Of a DNA stretch of 64,000 nt, positions 61,501 through 64,000 are shown piece by piece. The notes under the pieces were generated by a model. That model was given only the letters and a program-made list of their open reading frames with translations, ran no database searches and was not told the origin of the DNA. The position numbers and the translations under genes are program-made. Source of the DNA: Octopus vulgaris (taxonomy: Eukaryota); assembly GCA_951406725.2 (NCBI GenBank), contig OX597826.1:73966001-74030000 (forward strand), given 5' to 3'. Within the stretch, counting starts at the first letter, position 1. Every line of letters starts with the position of its first letter.

Positions 61501-63356
61501 CTTCGGTTTTCACCTATAAAATAAATATGTAATATTATTACTCTGCTTGTCCCAGTTTGTGTTTATATGTTACAATTCAAAGTGATTCAAAATATGAAAC
61601 TGTTTTCCTTGTGATTTCCAAAGCAAAAAAAAAAAAAAATTTTTTTACTTATTTTTCGGATAAACATATCTAAAGTTCAATAATTGTTCAAATCCCTTAT
61701 TAGGAAAGAAAGAATGCAATATAAACTCAAATAAAAGTCTAATTGAACGAGATGACTACCAGTGTTTCAGTTTATTTCTTTATTTTGCACAATCCAACTG
61801 TGAGTCAACATGCATTCATCAAACCAGATGCTTCAAAATATCTAACCCAACACTCTACTGTCCACTACTGAGTACTTTTATAACTTCATTTTCTAGGAGC
61901 ACTCATTCCTGTAATGATTAAACAGAAAATACCTGAAAACTCAAATACTTATAGTGTATTTACTTGGGGGGTCAGATTATCATGAAAATCGGCATTACTA
62001 TAAAGAAGCCGTACGTAAAAGCACCCATTGCACTCTCGAAGTGGTTGATGTTAGGAAGGGCATCCAACCATAGAAACCAAATCAGACTGGGGTCTGGTGC
62101 AGCCCCTCAGCTTACCAAACCTGGTCAAACCATCCCAGCCATGCAAACATGAACAATGGATGTTAAAAAGTCTGTTGCTTTACTGTTATTCATCCATTTG
62201 TGCTAAACTGTTGCACAGGATTGATAATTTATCACACAAAAATGCAGATGCCCTCGAAAAGCGGATGAAAAGAAAAGTTGGGATTGAATACAATCAGCAA
62301 CAAATACGGACATACAAACACCACAAACAAATCCTTTTCCCTGACCCTTTTTTTTACACCTTGTTCATTATGAGATTTCTACAGGTAAACCGAGTTATTC
62401 CCTTCTGAAACAAAGTATCCAGGAATGCATGAAAACTTTGATATAAACAAATCACCTAAATTCAGCAACACAACCAGAGAGTTGGCAGCTTCCTTTAAAG
62501 TCAATATAAACAAGAAGGTTTTGATTTGGGTGGTTTCATGCTATACAGAATCTTTTATCTTTTACTTGAGGTCATATTGGGGGCATTGCCTTAATGAATT
62601 CTACTCAAACAAATTGACCCCAACACTTTTTATTTTCATAAAGCCTGGTACTTATTCTATTTGCCTCTTTTGCTAAACTACTAAGAGGGATGTAAACACA
62701 GCAACACTGACCGTCAAGTGGTGACACAAACACACACATATACACATACAACAAGCTTCTTTCAATTTCCGTGTAACAAATCCATTCACAAGGCTTTCAC
62801 CAGCCCGAGGCTATGGGAGAAGACACTTGCCTAAGGTGCCATGCAGTGGGACTGAACTTGGGACAATGTGATTGGAAAGCAAACTTCTTACCACACAGCC
62901 ATGCCTGTTTTTCTAGAAAAACACTTTTTATCTTCACATTTGACATGGCAATCACCCATTTCCACAGATTACTAAATAACTGCAGCAGCTATTCCAGTTT
63001 CTTGTTATCCTTTCACTCCTGCGCAAATTTGTTGCATTACATGTTTTATCCACTTTTTAAATGGGCTTTTTACACACCTGCAAAATTCTGCACAACAAAT
63101 TTTATTTTCATTTCCCTTTCAAAGAACTTTCCAGAGTAAAAAAATACTAAAGCATTATCGGAGTGAAACCGACAAGTATATTTATTTTTTGCTTATTACA
63201 GAGGATAAACAGAACCAATATCTTTAAATAACTATTCAAATCTACCATGAGGAAAGACAATCATTTCTCACTTCACATTTAAACCTTTGGTATTTTAAGA
63301 CAAAATTTTTGGTTTATAATACCAAAACTGCCCTAAATAACCGTATCCATTTACAG

Positions 63357-63762
63357 CAGTGGTTCGCAACCTGTGGTCTCTGTAAATGTAGCACATGGAA
63401 GTGGATCTGTGAACTAAATTCAAAATTTCACATATATATACACACACACACACACACATAATTATAAGCATGTTAACCTTTTCGTTACTGTATTTATTTT
63501 GAGGTTCTCTGTGTTTCTTTCAATCAATTTTAAATATAACAAATAATTTAGTAAAATAACTTAGTTATCATTAAGCTTGTGTTAGGAACATAAATTGTGA
63601 CTGGGGGAAAATTTTAATTAAAAACTTATGAAAACAAGATATTTTACTACAGAGTCAGAGGTGGTTTTAGCCAAGTTGGTATCGAAAGAGTTAAAAGGGG
63701 TCTCTGGGAAAAATCATTTAAATAAAAGGGGTCCTTGGTAGTGAAAAGGTTGGGAATTACAG
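63357..63762. mobile_element. hAT-like MITE with nested TTAA MITE (63473-63694)
   Basis: cagtggttcgcaacc / ggttgggaattacag termini; TSD atttacag/atatacag. Confidence 0.7.
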
Positions 63763-64000
63763 ATATACAGCATGACTTCACTGGAAAAACGATTTCTTTC
63801 AATTAGTTAACACGATGATGTAAAATTTATGCACCTTACCATTTAGCATTTAAACTGGTTGTATCTGGCCCATATAGTAGTCTACCTAGATCTAGCCTTT
63901 CACATCTACCCTAGAATGTCATTCTAAAATAAACAGCCACCTCATCAAAATCTTGCATGATTAATACAAAACCATGTGCATAAACAAGCACCATCTTTGA

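Overview
AT-rich, intron-rich eukaryotic DNA. The repeat families suggest an octopus/coleoid cephalopod; this is an inference. Two housekeeping genes converge tail-to-tail. GATB/PET112 (mitochondrial Glu-tRNA(Gln) amidotransferase subunit B) is on the + strand: 12 coding exons, 676-17225, about 529 aa. PDS5 (cohesin-associated HEAT-repeat protein) is on the - strand: 32 coding exons, 61500-20933, about 1378 aa, with a 5' UTR exon further upstream. I reconstructed the exon chains by hand, and all have GT-AG ends and consistent phase. Introns are packed with tRNA-derived SINEs, RTE-LINE 3' ends, a CR1 tail, piggyBac-like and hAT-like MITEs and non-autonomous Helitrons. The most unusual signal is in two TE-free tracts at the PDS5 3' end. 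Each is an old, imperfect, perfectly nested fold-back: about 3.6 kb inside the last intron (26.3-29.9 kb, overlapping a candidate alternative terminal exon) and about 2 kb in the 3' UTR (18.9-20.9 kb). These are candidate giant dsRNA/ADAR substrates or regulators of terminal-exon choice. Also present are a degenerate hammerhead-ribozyme core in GATB intron 1, a CpG-rich palindromic MITE in the GATB promoter region, and a tRNA-Glu-derived pseudogene with a TTT anticodon.
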